Source: a virus (lineage: Duplodnaviria; Caudoviricetes). From it: 58,217 nucleotides of DNA. The translations under genes and the position numbers were made by a program. Of this stretch, positions 29,593 through 38,944 are shown piece by piece (position 1 is the stretch's first letter; every line of letters starts with the position of its first letter). The notes beneath the pieces were generated by a model. The model saw nothing but the letters and a program-made list of their open reading frames with translations, ran no database searches and was not told the origin of the DNA. The stretch is from the IMG/VR virus record IMGVR_UViG_3300029825_000010, positions 1 through 58,217 of that record; one strand, given 5' to 3'.

Positions 29593-29852
29593 TGTTTTTC
29601 CTCCTCAAATACTATTTCTTCTTGGTCTTTTGGTGGTCTGTGTTTAACAATGTGGTCTTTTTTGTTTTTGTATTGTGTGCAGATTGGGTTGTCATTTTCA
29701 TCATATATTAGTTCAGGTTGTTGTTCTACCGTAATTGCCTGCATATATATTCTGCAACTATACTTATAACGATAGCATGTATCACACCAGCTTTCTACCC
29801 ACGCCTCGCCCATCGCACAGTTCATGCCACCTAAATTGAATGGTTTACTCAT
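29589..29852 (-). CDS. hypothetical Cys-rich protein
   Basis: WCDTC...C...C pattern. Confidence 0.6.
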   Translation of the reverse strand: MSKPFNLGGMNCAMGEAWVESWCDTCYRYKYSCRIYMQAITVEQQPELIYDENDNPICTQYKNKKDHIVKHRPPKDQEEIVFEEEKQ

Positions 29853-29854
29853 AG

Positions 29855-30199
29855 CTAATCTTCCTTTTCCTCGAAGTATAGTAAAGCCATTGCGTTCCAG
29901 ACAACGGCAGCAAGATGGTCTTCGTTATCTTGACCTTCGAGGTATTGTATCAAGTGCCTGAACATGGATTGCTTGTATCGCTCTATATCTTCTGGCGTTG
30001 AAAGCTTCTTCCAATTGTCTCTTCCATACTTCTTTAGTCCGTTGACATAGTGTTGTGTTATGCGATTGAGCGCAAGGATTGGGAGCAGTGTATAGTCAAG
30101 TTTATCTTCTGCGCTGTCTCGATTGCCACCGTTTTCATTGACGTGCATGCCCTTGCCTGATGTAGTGACTGAAATATATTTATGCTTCATCGGCTTCAC
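29855..30199 (-). CDS. dATP/dGTP diphosphohydrolase domain protein (DUF5664)
   Basis: KLDYTLLP, GLKKYGRDNWKK, SMFRHL, HLAAVVWN motifs. Confidence 0.85.
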   Translation of the reverse strand: MKPMKHKYISVTTSGKGMHVNENGGNRDSAEDKLDYTLLPILALNRITQHYVNGLKKYGRDNWKKLSTPEDIERYKQSMFRHLIQYLEGQDNEDHLAAVVWNAMALLYFEEKED

Positions 30200-31844
30200 C
30201 TATACCAAAGATTTCTGGATATTTTGATTGCAAGGCATCAAGAACCATCGTCATTACTTGCCGCATATTTGGATGTGCCGCTTTTGCGGTTCTTAGATTG
30301 CAAATTAAAAGCCATTCTCTTAAGTTGGCTGTCACAACAATTTCTGTCTTTACGTCTATTGGCAGAATGTCGCGGGCATCTTCTGGCTTTTTGCCGCCAA
30401 TAATGAGCGAGTTATAAGCTTCTTCTGCCATGAGTAAGCTGTATAGAAATATCTGTTCAGGTGCCAATGAACCAGGAGTTAAGTCATTGTAGCTGAACAC
30501 ACCTTCTTTAACATCAAGCCAGTGTGGAATAATAAATTCTACATGGCTCTGTTTATTGTAATTACAGAAACGTGTGCTATTGTGTGTAATAAAGCCATTC
30601 GCAATATAGTTATGATATGGCTCATTCATTGATATATCATAAGTTTCTTCTTCTCCAACATATTTTATTGAGACAACTTTATCGAGTATTTGTTTCATCC
30701 CTACATGCCAGCCATGATGCAATAATTTGTGACAATTACAGCAAACTTTTATGAGGTTTTTTTCATTATAATTACCTATGTCTTTATCGATATGATGTAC
30801 ATCTAATTTTTTGTTTTGTGCCCCACATAGCTCGCAAATAGAAACACTCTTTTTGATTTTACCTGAAATCTTTCTTTTGTCTTTCCACGTTAAAATACAT
30901 CCACTCCAATTTGAGTTTTTATCTTCACGACCATTATTATGGTGATTTTCTCTCAATGTTTTTGCTTGAATTTTAACGCTATCATTTTCGTGTTCAGACA
31001 AGCCTTTATTCCACACAACTCTTCCATTCAAAAACCCTTCTTTGATTTTTTTCCTCATTTTGTCAATAGATTCTTTTGTGTGGTTGTTTTGATATTTTTC
31101 TTTGTTTTTGTCATTTTTATGCTTAATGAATACACCTAATTTTTTGAGCCTAAGAATTACGCTTCTGTATGGAATCCCAAGTTTTTCTGATATCTCTGTC
31201 GGATTATTTTTATCATACATCAAAACAAGTTCTTCATCTGATATCTTTATAAGGCATGGGCGTCCATTTACAAATAGCTCATCATCAACATTTATGTTCT
31301 TTAGCTCAATGTATTCACCATTTTTGATTTTGAATTTATGGTTTAATGTCGTCTTTATTTTATACCCAAGACTTGTTGTTACTTCATAGACTGGCTGTAT
31401 TCCCTTATAGAAAACATCTGACATATTGTTTTCAACAATAAGTCCATCTTCATTTACGCTTCTCAGCTTAATTGTTTTATTGTGAGTTCTTCCATACTGA
31501 TTTGACTTTCTTTCGTATAGTTGTTTTATCGTTATATTTTTGCCTTTAGATTTTCTTACTATCGTATCTCCAGTAACACATTCCTGAGAAAAACTGGCAA
31601 TTCGATGACGCACAAGCTCGTGAGATACGCCTCTATTGGTTATGAATCTTATTGTGACAATGCAATGCTCAATGACAGATAGGTGATTGCGAGCTACAAT
31701 ACCCTTGATAAACTTTGTGGCAGAATCTTCTGTGATTCTATTCTCAGACTTATAGCATACTCGACCAATTCGCTCCAGCAACGAGTAAGCTTCTTGCGTT
31801 GGTATTATTTGTTCAATTATAACCTTCGGCTTAGTTAAAATCAC
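30180..31844 (-). CDS. thyX: FAD-dependent thymidylate synthase with intein
   Basis: RVCY, HLSVIEH, RGVSHELVRHR..SFSQE|intein|STRFC, EDARDILP, NLREW. Confidence 0.93.
   Translation of the reverse strand: MILTKPKVIIEQIIPTQEAYSLLERIGRVCYKSENRITEDSATKFIKGIVARNHLSVIEHCIVTIRFITNRGVSHELVRHRIASFSQECVTGDTIVRKSKGKNITIKQLYERKSNQYGRTHNKTIKLRSVNEDGLIVENNMSDVFYKGIQPVYEVTTSLGYKIKTTLNHKFKIKNGEYIELKNINVDDELFVNGRPCLIKISDEELVLMYDKNNPTEISEKLGIPYRSVILRLKKLGVFIKHKNDKNKEKYQNNHTKESIDKMRKKIKEGFLNGRVVWNKGLSEHENDSVKIQAKTLRENHHNNGREDKNSNWSGCILTWKDKRKISGKIKKSVSICELCGAQNKKLDVHHIDKDIGNYNEKNLIKVCCNCHKLLHHGWHVGMKQILDKVVSIKYVGEEETYDISMNEPYHNYIANGFITHNSTRFCNYNKQSHVEFIIPHWLDVKEGVFSYNDLTPGSLAPEQIFLYSLLMAEEAYNSLIIGGKKPEDARDILPIDVKTEIVVTANLREWLLICNLRTAKAAHPNMRQVMTMVLDALQSKYPEIFGIGEADEA
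30579..31580 (-). mobile_element. intein (334 aa) with HNH homing endonuclease in thyX
   Basis: starts CVTGDT, block B TTLNH, ends TYDI...IANGFITHN before Ser; internal CELCG...VHHID...N...NL...C.NCH. Confidence 0.92.
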
Positions 31845-31868
31845 GCAAAGCCTCCTTATGTGATTTAA

Positions 31869-32402
31869 TTATTTATCTGTTAAGTGTTTCTCTATTCCAT
31901 AGGTTGCTATTAGGAAGGCATCTGCTCTATCGTGTCTGTATGATTGTGTGTCTATTCTCTTGTATTTGAATATGTGCTCATTCTCAGGAGATAGATAACA
32001 GGCTTTCTCGACATCCATCATTTTCTTTTGCTTGTAAGTTGATGCGCTGGAACATAGGGCAAAGTATCCTTTCCATTGCATTGGTTCAACTTTTTTTACA
32101 TCAAAACCAAGAGCAAGACAAATACCGTTCATCGAGCCAACACCATGTCCGTAGATGAACCCTGCGTAGACGGTCTTAATCCCGTCACTGCCGTTAGGGT
32201 GTGGATTCTCAAGGAATATAACTGTTTCCTTTGGGTTGAATTGCTTGAGATACTTAACGACTCCAGCAATATCCATGCTTGCACCGATTTTTTCAACATC
32301 ATAAAACGAGTGCATCTTTCTGGTTTTTATGTTTATGCAGAATATGCTTCCAGTGATACCTGGGTCTATGCCGACCGCATATTTGATATTATCAATATTC
32401 AT
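31869..32402 (-). CDS. RuvC-like Holliday junction resolvase
   Basis: VGIDPGITG, FLE, PMQWK, HDRADAFLIA. Confidence 0.85.
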   Translation of the reverse strand: MNIDNIKYAVGIDPGITGSIFCINIKTRKMHSFYDVEKIGASMDIAGVVKYLKQFNPKETVIFLENPHPNGSDGIKTVYAGFIYGHGVGSMNGICLALGFDVKKVEPMQWKGYFALCSSASTYKQKKMMDVEKACYLSPENEHIFKYKRIDTQSYRHDRADAFLIATYGIEKHLTDK

Positions 32403-32593
32403 AATATCTTGCCAAGCTTAAATCGTTTTATAGATTCATCAATTAGTGAGCAAATTACTTCATTCATTGATGTGCCACGTGCTTTCATTAGAAACTCAAC
32501 ATGTGTTCTTTGTCTTGGAAGCAAGTAAACGGATGTGTGTATTTTTTCTGCACCAGAAACATACTTGCGTCTTTTAAGTGTTGTTTTTATCAT
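32399..32593 (-). CDS. ribbon-helix-helix-like regulator (start moved to ATG 32593)
   Basis: TSVYL strand then two helices (GTSMNEVICSLIDE); AAGGAG RBS; TTGACA at 32638-32643. Confidence 0.55.
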   Translation of the reverse strand: MIKTTLKRRKYVSGAEKIHTSVYLLPRQRTHVEFLMKARGTSMNEVICSLIDESIKRFKLGKIL

Positions 32594-32675
32594 TTCACAA
32601 TCTCCTTTAGGTATAGAAATAGGGAGCTTGTGTTTCTTGTCAAGCATTATTTTAATGCTATGATTGCGTAATAAT

Positions 32676-32722
32676 AAAAAGCCCTGCCGCTTGATATTGT
32701 AACATAATCATTTAGCAGGGCT
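32676..32722 (-). terminator. rho-independent terminator
   Basis: AAGCCCTGC...GCAGGGCTT stem then TTTTT on minus strand. Confidence 0.6.
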
Positions 32723-32733
32723 TGGTATGTGTG

Positions 32734-32889
32734 TTAATTATCCTGTTCTGGCAGACCAACTACATTTGGCTCATAGCCGTTAATCCAATTTAATGTAAGT
32801 ATAATCAGAAAAGCTGGCAATCCAAGTATCGCAAATGGTATGAGCAAAATCAATAGGACAACCGTTGCTATAATTCTAAATATTTTCAT
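32734..32889 (-). CDS. 51-aa membrane peptide (MKIFRIIATVVLLILLIPFAILG...)
   Basis: AGGAG RBS; below ORF-track length cut-off; long hydrophobic helix. Confidence 0.55.
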   Translation of the reverse strand: MKIFRIIATVVLLILLIPFAILGLPAFLIILTLNWINGYEPNVVGLPEQDN

Positions 32890-33250
32890 AGGTATCTCCT
32901 TTTCCTTTTAAGTATCTAAGATATCTTTGTTTTTGTTCTAAGCTTTGACAATCACTTACGTTGTCAACCTTCAAATGCTTTCTAATGGAATTTATTTTGT
33001 GCCTTTGCTCATAGTTTTCATCAAGCCAGGCATTAATTATCTTGTCAAGTTTTTCGTGCTTGCGTTCTTCTGCTGGCGTTAAATATGGTGCCCACTCATC
33101 TACTCTTTCTATTTGCAGTCCATTTTCATCAGACCATATTCCACAGCAAGAGCAAAGTTTGGCCACCGCATATCTTTTGTAGTTATCACATATCACCCAA
33201 ACAAGAACATCTTTAGGGCATTCTGATAGGTCTTTGCTGTATTCTCTCAT
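32876..33250 (-). CDS. hypothetical protein
   Basis: ATGA overlap. Confidence 0.55.
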   Translation of the reverse strand: MREYSKDLSECPKDVLVWVICDNYKRYAVAKLCSCCGIWSDENGLQIERVDEWAPYLTPAEERKHEKLDKIINAWLDENYEQRHKINSIRKHLKVDNVSDCQSLEQKQRYLRYLKGKGDTYENI

Positions 33251-33642
33251 GATTGTTTTTCCTTAAGTATTTCTTTGATTAATTCCCATGCATATTCATG
33301 TGTTTCTTTTTCATCAATAAAGCCAAATTTTGAAGTGAGATTAAGAACAGTATGCATATGAAGATAATATAGCCACTCTTCTATCTGTTTTTTTGTGAAA
33401 CATTTATGGCAAGTCATTGCGAATCTTTCGTCTACAAAAAGAACCTCTTCGTCACAATCTCCCTTTGTTAGGCAATTATCACAAACATATTCGCTAACAT
33501 AATTTCCGCAAGACGGACACCTTGGCTCGTCATACTCGGCTGGATGAGCCATGTCGTTTGGGTAATATACTGCTTCATGAATCAGTTTGCAATAAACGTC
33601 ATCCTCGTCAATAATTCCGCAATCACTACAGTAATAATACAT
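33247..33642 (-). CDS. zinc-ribbon hypothetical protein
   Basis: four CxxC pairs. Confidence 0.6.
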   Translation of the reverse strand: MYYYCSDCGIIDEDDVYCKLIHEAVYYPNDMAHPAEYDEPRCPSCGNYVSEYVCDNCLTKGDCDEEVLFVDERFAMTCHKCFTKKQIEEWLYYLHMHTVLNLTSKFGFIDEKETHEYAWELIKEILKEKQS

Positions 33643-33645
33643 AAT

Positions 33646-34143
33646 TTACTCCTTTACATTAAGTATTCTGTCATCAAGATTTACTTCTTTAATTTCTTGG
33701 TCAAAATCAAGCTCGAATGGAAATAGTCTCTTGTCGGGAAGCCTTATGCAAATTGCAAGGTTTCCGCAAATATTTCTGGTGTCATTGTCGTTCCATTCGT
33801 GGTCAATTTTTTCCAGCCAACGATTTTGAATGTTACAGCCGTTGTTTCTTACCCAGCAATCACGCTTATTGTTTTTACCGTCGTTAATAATATCATTCAA
33901 TACAAGAATTTGATAAACGAACGCTTTTGTTTTCTTTCCGTCCGGTAATTGATTAAAGGTTGTGACAAGAAACTTCCAGATAAAGAAATCTTCGGTCATT
34001 TTATTTGGATTTTTGTTTTCTGCCCAGGCGTTTACTTTCTCTGTTATTTGTTTGTCGAGCCATGTAATGATTTTCATAAGCTCTGTTTCGGGATTAATTT
34101 CTACAGATAGATATTTCCTGTGTTTTTCAATTGGTATTTTCAT
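33646..34143 (-). CDS. hypothetical protein
   Basis: ATGA overlap with helicase ORF. Confidence 0.55.
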   Translation of the reverse strand: MKIPIEKHRKYLSVEINPETELMKIITWLDKQITEKVNAWAENKNPNKMTEDFFIWKFLVTTFNQLPDGKKTKAFVYQILVLNDIINDGKNNKRDCWVRNNGCNIQNRWLEKIDHEWNDNDTRNICGNLAICIRLPDKRLFPFELDFDQEIKEVNLDDRILNVKE

Positions 34144-35186
34144 ATCATTTCCATGTATGTATGTTTATTATAAGTGTTGTTACCAAATGAGCTAAAGCCT
34201 GACAAATATAGTGTTTCTTTTGCTCTTGTGATTGCCACATATGCAAGATTTAGCTCTGTATTTTTTTCTTCAAGAATGTGTGGGAAAATGTTGTCGGAAA
34301 GTCCGGTGACAAACACATTGTCAGATTCAAGACCTTTACTCCCGTGTATGGTTGACAGTGATATAACTCGCTCTCCAGCCGGAACGCAACGTGGTCTTGA
34401 TATTTCTGCTATTAGGTTATCAATTTCTGTCATAGTTTTACCGTGCTTGATAAATTCCGAAATGCTTATCAGGTTATCATCGGCAGATTCCGAAAAGTCC
34501 TTCATGCAGTCCATTTTAGATATTGAGTTTATGATTTGCGCTGGCTTCTTGCCCGCCAGCATTTGCATAATATCATCAAGGTCGTTAAGAACAGGCTCAT
34601 GCTTTCTGCCCAACTCACCGGTCATGACGTCTGTCTCGGACTTTCTCATGTCTATTAGGGTATTGTATAGAAGTTTCTTAGAATAAGGCGATAACAATGG
34701 CCTCATGTCGTTTATTGTGTTTGCTTTGCCGTCTATGTCAAGGTTATCATATTCCGTGACAAACCTACAGCAGGCAATCGCTAATTTTGCCTCCTTTGTA
34801 TTGAATATACTATTATTTTGGTTGATTGAGAACGGTATGTTTTGCCTAATTAAGAATAGTTGAAACATTACCGATTGGGCATTGGTTCTGTATAGAATTT
34901 TGATTGTTTGACTTGTTCCTTTGAATATCTTAATTGCTTGCTTGCAAACAAATTCAGCTTCATCAGACTGTGTGTCGAATATTGGAAGCTTAATAATTTT
35001 GCCCGCTGACTTATTTGCAGTATTAATAACTGTCTGGTCTATTTTTTCTGCTATTCGATTCCCTGCTTCGCAAATAGCTCTCGCACACCTATATGTTGTG
35101 GGCAAATTGAAAACACTTGCGTTGGGATAATAATGCTTGAAATTTGTGATTAACTCCGCTCCGTTGATGTATCTATGTTCTCTCAT
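34140..35186 (-). CDS. UvrD/Rep-like SF1 helicase, C-terminal part
   Basis: TYRC, ILYRTN, STIHGSKGLE, LAYVAITRAK (motifs IV-VI); own AAGGAAGG RBS. Confidence 0.88.
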   Translation of the reverse strand: MREHRYINGAELITNFKHYYPNASVFNLPTTYRCARAICEAGNRIAEKIDQTVINTANKSAGKIIKLPIFDTQSDEAEFVCKQAIKIFKGTSQTIKILYRTNAQSVMFQLFLIRQNIPFSINQNNSIFNTKEAKLAIACCRFVTEYDNLDIDGKANTINDMRPLLSPYSKKLLYNTLIDMRKSETDVMTGELGRKHEPVLNDLDDIMQMLAGKKPAQIINSISKMDCMKDFSESADDNLISISEFIKHGKTMTEIDNLIAEISRPRCVPAGERVISLSTIHGSKGLESDNVFVTGLSDNIFPHILEEKNTELNLAYVAITRAKETLYLSGFSSFGNNTYNKHTYMEMI

Positions 35187-35210
35187 TTTTCCTTCCTTAT
35201 TAATGTTTCA

Positions 35211-35945
35211 TCATCCTGTGCGAAAATTAAAGATTTTTTGTTTGATGTCCCCAACAATGAATAGTTGCTTATATTTCTCCGCAAGCAACATAATAACGGC
35301 TATATCTGCATTGCTGGCATCTTGAGCCTCATCAAGAAAAATGTATTTCCAACGTTCTTGCCGGTTGTCCAAAATTGACGGGTTCTTTCTCAAAATATCA
35401 TAAGCCTTTAATTGAAAATCCGAGAATACAATTTTATGTTGCCTTTCTTTTTTTGCCTCAAACTCTCGCGCAAATCCAATCAACTTATGATTATTCTCAA
35501 AGAATGACAGGAGATTCTGGTCTCTGTCCTCAAGCATATCATAGTATTCCGGAAACATATTCTTAGCTAAGTCTATTCTTGACAGAAACTTGTTGTAGTT
35601 TGGATAGTCAATTTTAAGCTCTTTGAATATGTCAAAGACAAACTTCTTCTGATAACCATTGTCAAGAACAAAGTATCTCTTTGACGAGTTCTCTCTTATG
35701 ATTTGATACATTATAGAATGTATTGTGCCAACCGTAATTAGATGACCATTCTTTATGCGGCTTTTTAGCTCGTTTGCAGCATCGACGGTGAAACTGAAAA
35801 CCAGCATGTTGACTGGGTTGACTCCGTTATCAATACAGTGCTGGATTTTATTGACAAGCGTGTAAGTTTTCCCTGTTCCCGCTCCAGCCGTAACGACTAT
35901 TCCACCAAACATTGGTGTATTGTTAATTTCATCAATTATTGACAT
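35211..35945 (-). CDS. UvrD/Rep-like SF1 helicase, N-terminal part
   Basis: AGAGTGKT, FSFT..AA.EL, GTIHS, LDEAQD, VGDIKQKIFNFR (motifs I-III). Confidence 0.88.
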   Translation of the reverse strand: MSIIDEINNTPMFGGIVVTAGAGTGKTYTLVNKIQHCIDNGVNPVNMLVFSFTVDAANELKSRIKNGHLITVGTIHSIMYQIIRENSSKRYFVLDNGYQKKFVFDIFKELKIDYPNYNKFLSRIDLAKNMFPEYYDMLEDRDQNLLSFFENNHKLIGFAREFEAKKERQHKIVFSDFQLKAYDILRKNPSILDNRQERWKYIFLDEAQDASNADIAVIMLLAEKYKQLFIVGDIKQKIFNFRTG

Positions 35946-36154
35946 TTGTTCTCCTTGATTTTGAAGTATGCTATCACTATGGCAGAGAAGTGCTTAAGCA
36001 CAAATGCAGCCATCATGCTTCCATCATCAAGATTTTTGAGAAAGTCTTGAAAGAAATCTGCTGGGGAATACTCATCTATTTGTTTAACCATCTGCTTGTA
36101 TTGGCCGTTAAAGTAGCTCTCGGAAATCACTTCAAGCCGTTCTTGCTTTGTCAT
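35936..36154 (-). CDS. hypothetical protein
   Basis: AAGGAG RBS. Confidence 0.6.
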   Translation of the reverse strand: MTKQERLEVISESYFNGQYKQMVKQIDEYSPADFFQDFLKNLDDGSMMAAFVLKHFSAIVIAYFKIKENKCQ

Positions 36155-36307
36155 TTTATTCTCCTTGTTATGGTTTGATTTTATTGTATTCCTTTTTTAA
36201 AGAAACAAGTCTCTGGACAATTTCTGTTAGAATGGCATATCGATAGCATTGCTTGAGTTTGTGGAACCCATCTATCGTGGCCAGTAATTCAGTCAGTGTG
36301 TATTTAC

Positions 36308-36532
36308 TTAACATTCCCATATAATTCCTCGCCTCTTCATCCAATACATAAGGTTTTCATATGCTTTTTCAACCGTGCTGCCGGTTATTTGGAAGCTACC
36401 GTTATGCTCATTAATAACTGTTATCACTACCGAGCCTGCCTTTTTCTGTGCATGACAAAGCAATTTGTGTTTCCGATAAATGTCTGGAAATGTCGCCGCC
36501 AAGTCCTGCATTGTTTTGATTTTCGCTTTCAT
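36308..36532 (-). CDS. hypothetical protein
   Basis: GGAGG RBS, ATGA overlap. Confidence 0.55.
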   Translation of the reverse strand: MKAKIKTMQDLAATFPDIYRKHKLLCHAQKKAGSVVITVINEHNGSFQITGSTVEKAYENLMYWMKRRGIIWEC

Positions 36533-36969
36533 TTCTCACCTCCCATCTCCAGAGCCCGCTCTGCCCAGTATGCCTGAAATTGAGCAAAAGAATTAAATAA
36601 CATTGGGAACTCTTCCAATTCGCAGGACACACCCTGAGTATAAGCATCCCCAATATATTCTCCTATGAAATACAAGTATCCTGACTTGTCAAATACGTAT
36701 TTGTTTTCGTCGTCCCAAACAGTAACGTTATCTCCAATTGAGTTTATTCCGGTTTCGCCAATGCCATACAACCAGCACTCATCGCCAACTTTAGCATTCG
36801 TGAAATCGGGGGTTAGCGATGAGGGGGTAAGCCTTTTAATACTGATACATTTCCTCCCATCGCTTCCCGCTATGCGACAGACCATAAGCCCTCTACGATA
36901 TGCGGGCTGTTCAATCTGCATGTATGCACCATCACAAATTGCCCACTGTCCTGTCTTGAACTCACTCAT
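36529..36969 (-). CDS. hypothetical protein
   Basis: AAGGAG RBS. Confidence 0.6.
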   Translation of the reverse strand: MSEFKTGQWAICDGAYMQIEQPAYRRGLMVCRIAGSDGRKCISIKRLTPSSLTPDFTNAKVGDECWLYGIGETGINSIGDNVTVWDDENKYVFDKSGYLYFIGEYIGDAYTQGVSCELEEFPMLFNSFAQFQAYWAERALEMGGEK

Positions 36970-37001
36970 GTTTCGCTCCTTTCTTTAGTTAGATGTAATC
37001 T

Positions 37002-37289
37002 TCACGATTCATATCCATTGGACAACGCCCAAGAGTCTATGTCGTCAAGCATACTAATGCAAACTCCAGCGAGTTGGGCAAGCTCGGTCTTGTATCTCTT
37101 GATTGCCATGTTCGTGTTTGCGTTTGCTCCGCTCATATCGAAATTGATGTTGCATACTTCACGTGCTACCTCGCCAAACTCTTCGGCAAGGATAGCAAGC
37201 CAATCAGCTGGGTGTCTGTTCTCTGGAAGTTTCCTCCCTTCGAGAGCTTTATTCCGTTCCGCAAGTATCAGTTCCATCGGATTTGTCAT
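37002..37289 (-). CDS. MazG-like nucleotide pyrophosphohydrolase
   Basis: WLAILAEEFGEVA...ELAQLAGV motif. Confidence 0.75.
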   Translation of the reverse strand: MTNPMELILAERNKALEGRKLPENRHPADWLAILAEEFGEVAREVCNINFDMSGANANTNMAIKRYKTELAQLAGVCISMLDDIDSWALSNGYES

Positions 37290-37483
37290 TTTTACCTTCT
37301 CCTTTTAAGTTGTCGAACAGCATCCAGTGGAGCGGTGGAGTGCTAATCCAGACCGTTACCCACAGCAACGCTGCTATGAATATAAAACCTTTCTGTGTTT
37401 CCTTCAGGGACAAGTGCCATCCTCTTTTCCAAAAAAACGGCTTATTGATTGCGACCATCGCACCTATTCCATACTTCATTTTA

Positions 37484-37657
37484 TCACCTAACCATTCCTG
37501 TGTTTATATTTTTGTGACCGCCAAACAGAAGCGTACCATCTTTATGTTTGCAGTCATTTTCAGTTTTTGGATGCACCCATGAGTATCCATATAGCGGACT
37601 ATAATCGCACGGCTCCATATCTATCCCGCAGATTGGGCATTTACGCGGTGGTGTCAT
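37484..37657 (-). CDS. 57-aa zinc-ribbon ORF (MTPPRKCPICG...)
   Basis: AGGAGG RBS in boundary repeat, ATGA overlap; below ORF-track cut-off. Confidence 0.5.
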   Translation of the reverse strand: MTPPRKCPICGIDMEPCDYSPLYGYSWVHPKTENDCKHKDGTLLFGGHKNINTGMVR

Positions 37658-37842
37658 TTCTCTTCCTCCTGTGCTGGGACAAGGTCATCTTCATTGTTTT
37701 CATTTGATTCCTCTCTTTTTGTTTTTATCTTACCAGTGCCATAGCCATTACAAAATGGACACCTTTTTAGCCCACGCACATTGGGTGCAATCTGCACTAA
37801 TCCTGTTCCATTGCATTTGGGACATGTTTCTATCTCAATCAT
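37654..37842 (-). CDS. DnaJ-type zinc finger small protein
   Basis: CPKCNGTG...CPFCNGYG. Confidence 0.65.
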   Translation of the reverse strand: MIEIETCPKCNGTGLVQIAPNVRGLKRCPFCNGYGTGKIKTKREESNENNEDDLVPAQEEEK

Positions 37843-38105
37843 TTCTCTTCCTCCTGATTTGTCTTCGATATTGTTTCTGTTCCAGATATGGATATACCGT
37901 CTTTTATCTTACGGATATACAGCACAACTTTGACAGATGTATTTTTATCAATATCTCCTCCGTATTCACGATACCATATTGTTTTGGTCGGATATGGTAT
38001 TAACGGTTCGCCCAAGTCTCCAACGCTATTAATATTGGGGAACAACATATCAATAGCGGCATTGACATGCTTATGCTCTGTTGACGTTCTGATAATTACT
38101 TTCAT
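37839..38105 (-). CDS. hypothetical protein
   Basis: ATGA overlaps at both ends. Confidence 0.55.
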   Translation of the reverse strand: MKVIIRTSTEHKHVNAAIDMLFPNINSVGDLGEPLIPYPTKTIWYREYGGDIDKNTSVKVVLYIRKIKDGISISGTETISKTNQEEEK

Positions 38106-38308
38106 TCAGCATACTCCATAATTTTAATTAACTCACTTGAATTCCATGTGCCAAAAATTGCTAATGCCAAATACAATAGGGATTCCAAGATGGATTTATC
38201 CAATACAAAGAATCCTATCACAGACAATCCTGCAAATGTGATTGCGGTTAGCATAGACAATATAAATGCCAAACTCATTACGATATAGTATAATTTTTTA
38301 GTATTCAT
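38102..38308 (-). CDS. two-TM membrane protein
   Basis: hydrophobic segments; RBS in boundary repeat. Confidence 0.6.
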   Translation of the reverse strand: MNTKKLYYIVMSLAFILSMLTAITFAGLSVIGFFVLDKSILESLLYLALAIFGTWNSSELIKIMEYAE

Positions 38309-38568
38309 TCTTCCTCCTGTGCTTTCAGCATGGCGTTAAGATATTGTCTAAGGATATGCACGATATGTAGCGTTAAGTAATAAGATTGCGCTTGCTCTGC
38401 ATAATATGATTCAGCTTGCTTGGCAAGGTCTTGTTCATGTTGCATTAGCTGAAACCAATAATCTTCCTCAGCCTGCTCTTCTCTTCTGCGTTCTTGCCAC
38501 CTTCTTTTAGCTAAATACTCTTCATATTCTTCCTGCTCGCGCTCTTCTTCTCTCTTATAATCAATCAC
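38305..38568 (-). CDS. Glu/Gln-rich hypothetical protein
   Basis: GTG start after boundary repeat RBS. Confidence 0.55.
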   Translation of the reverse strand: MIDYKREEEREQEEYEEYLAKRRWQERRREEQAEEDYWFQLMQHEQDLAKQAESYYAEQAQSYYLTLHIVHILRQYLNAMLKAQEEE

Positions 38569-38903
38569 TTTGTTTCTTCCTCCTGTGCCTTCAGCAGACC
38601 ACAGGAATCACACAGCAAATCCCAGCCATTATCGATATAGTAATTTATGCTTTCAGCTAAATCAGCATCTTTCATATAATGATAATATGTTGTGTTCACA
38701 ATGTTCATATCGTAATCAGCCAATACATCGTTAATTTGGATATGTGTCTTAGTGTCCCTGTCGTTAATTAACTCCACAACTATGTCATTATCTATCGTAA
38801 GCGTATGCCCTAAACACGGCTGGCATCGCAGCACAACGACCCGCGCCAATTCAATGCGATGTTTGTTGCTTAAGTGTTGTAGCTTTACGTATACCTTAAT
38901 CAT
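38565..38903 (-). CDS. hypothetical protein
   Basis: RBS in boundary repeat. Confidence 0.6.
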   Translation of the reverse strand: MIKVYVKLQHLSNKHRIELARVVVLRCQPCLGHTLTIDNDIVVELINDRDTKTHIQINDVLADYDMNIVNTTYYHYMKDADLAESINYYIDNGWDLLCDSCGLLKAQEEETK

Positions 38904-38944
38904 TGTGTTCCTCCTGTGCTTTTAGCATATCCCAATAGTTCTTT

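Noticed and set aside
35208-35213. Genome-wide TGA reassignment explaining the UvrD stops
   Set aside because: TGA is the normal stop in many ATGA overlaps (e.g. 8907-8910, 34140-34143) and long genes are open in code 11
37654-38928. Boundary repeats as a CRISPR array or integron attC sites
   Set aside because: Spacing is gene-sized and irregular, repeats are non-palindromic, and no integrase is present
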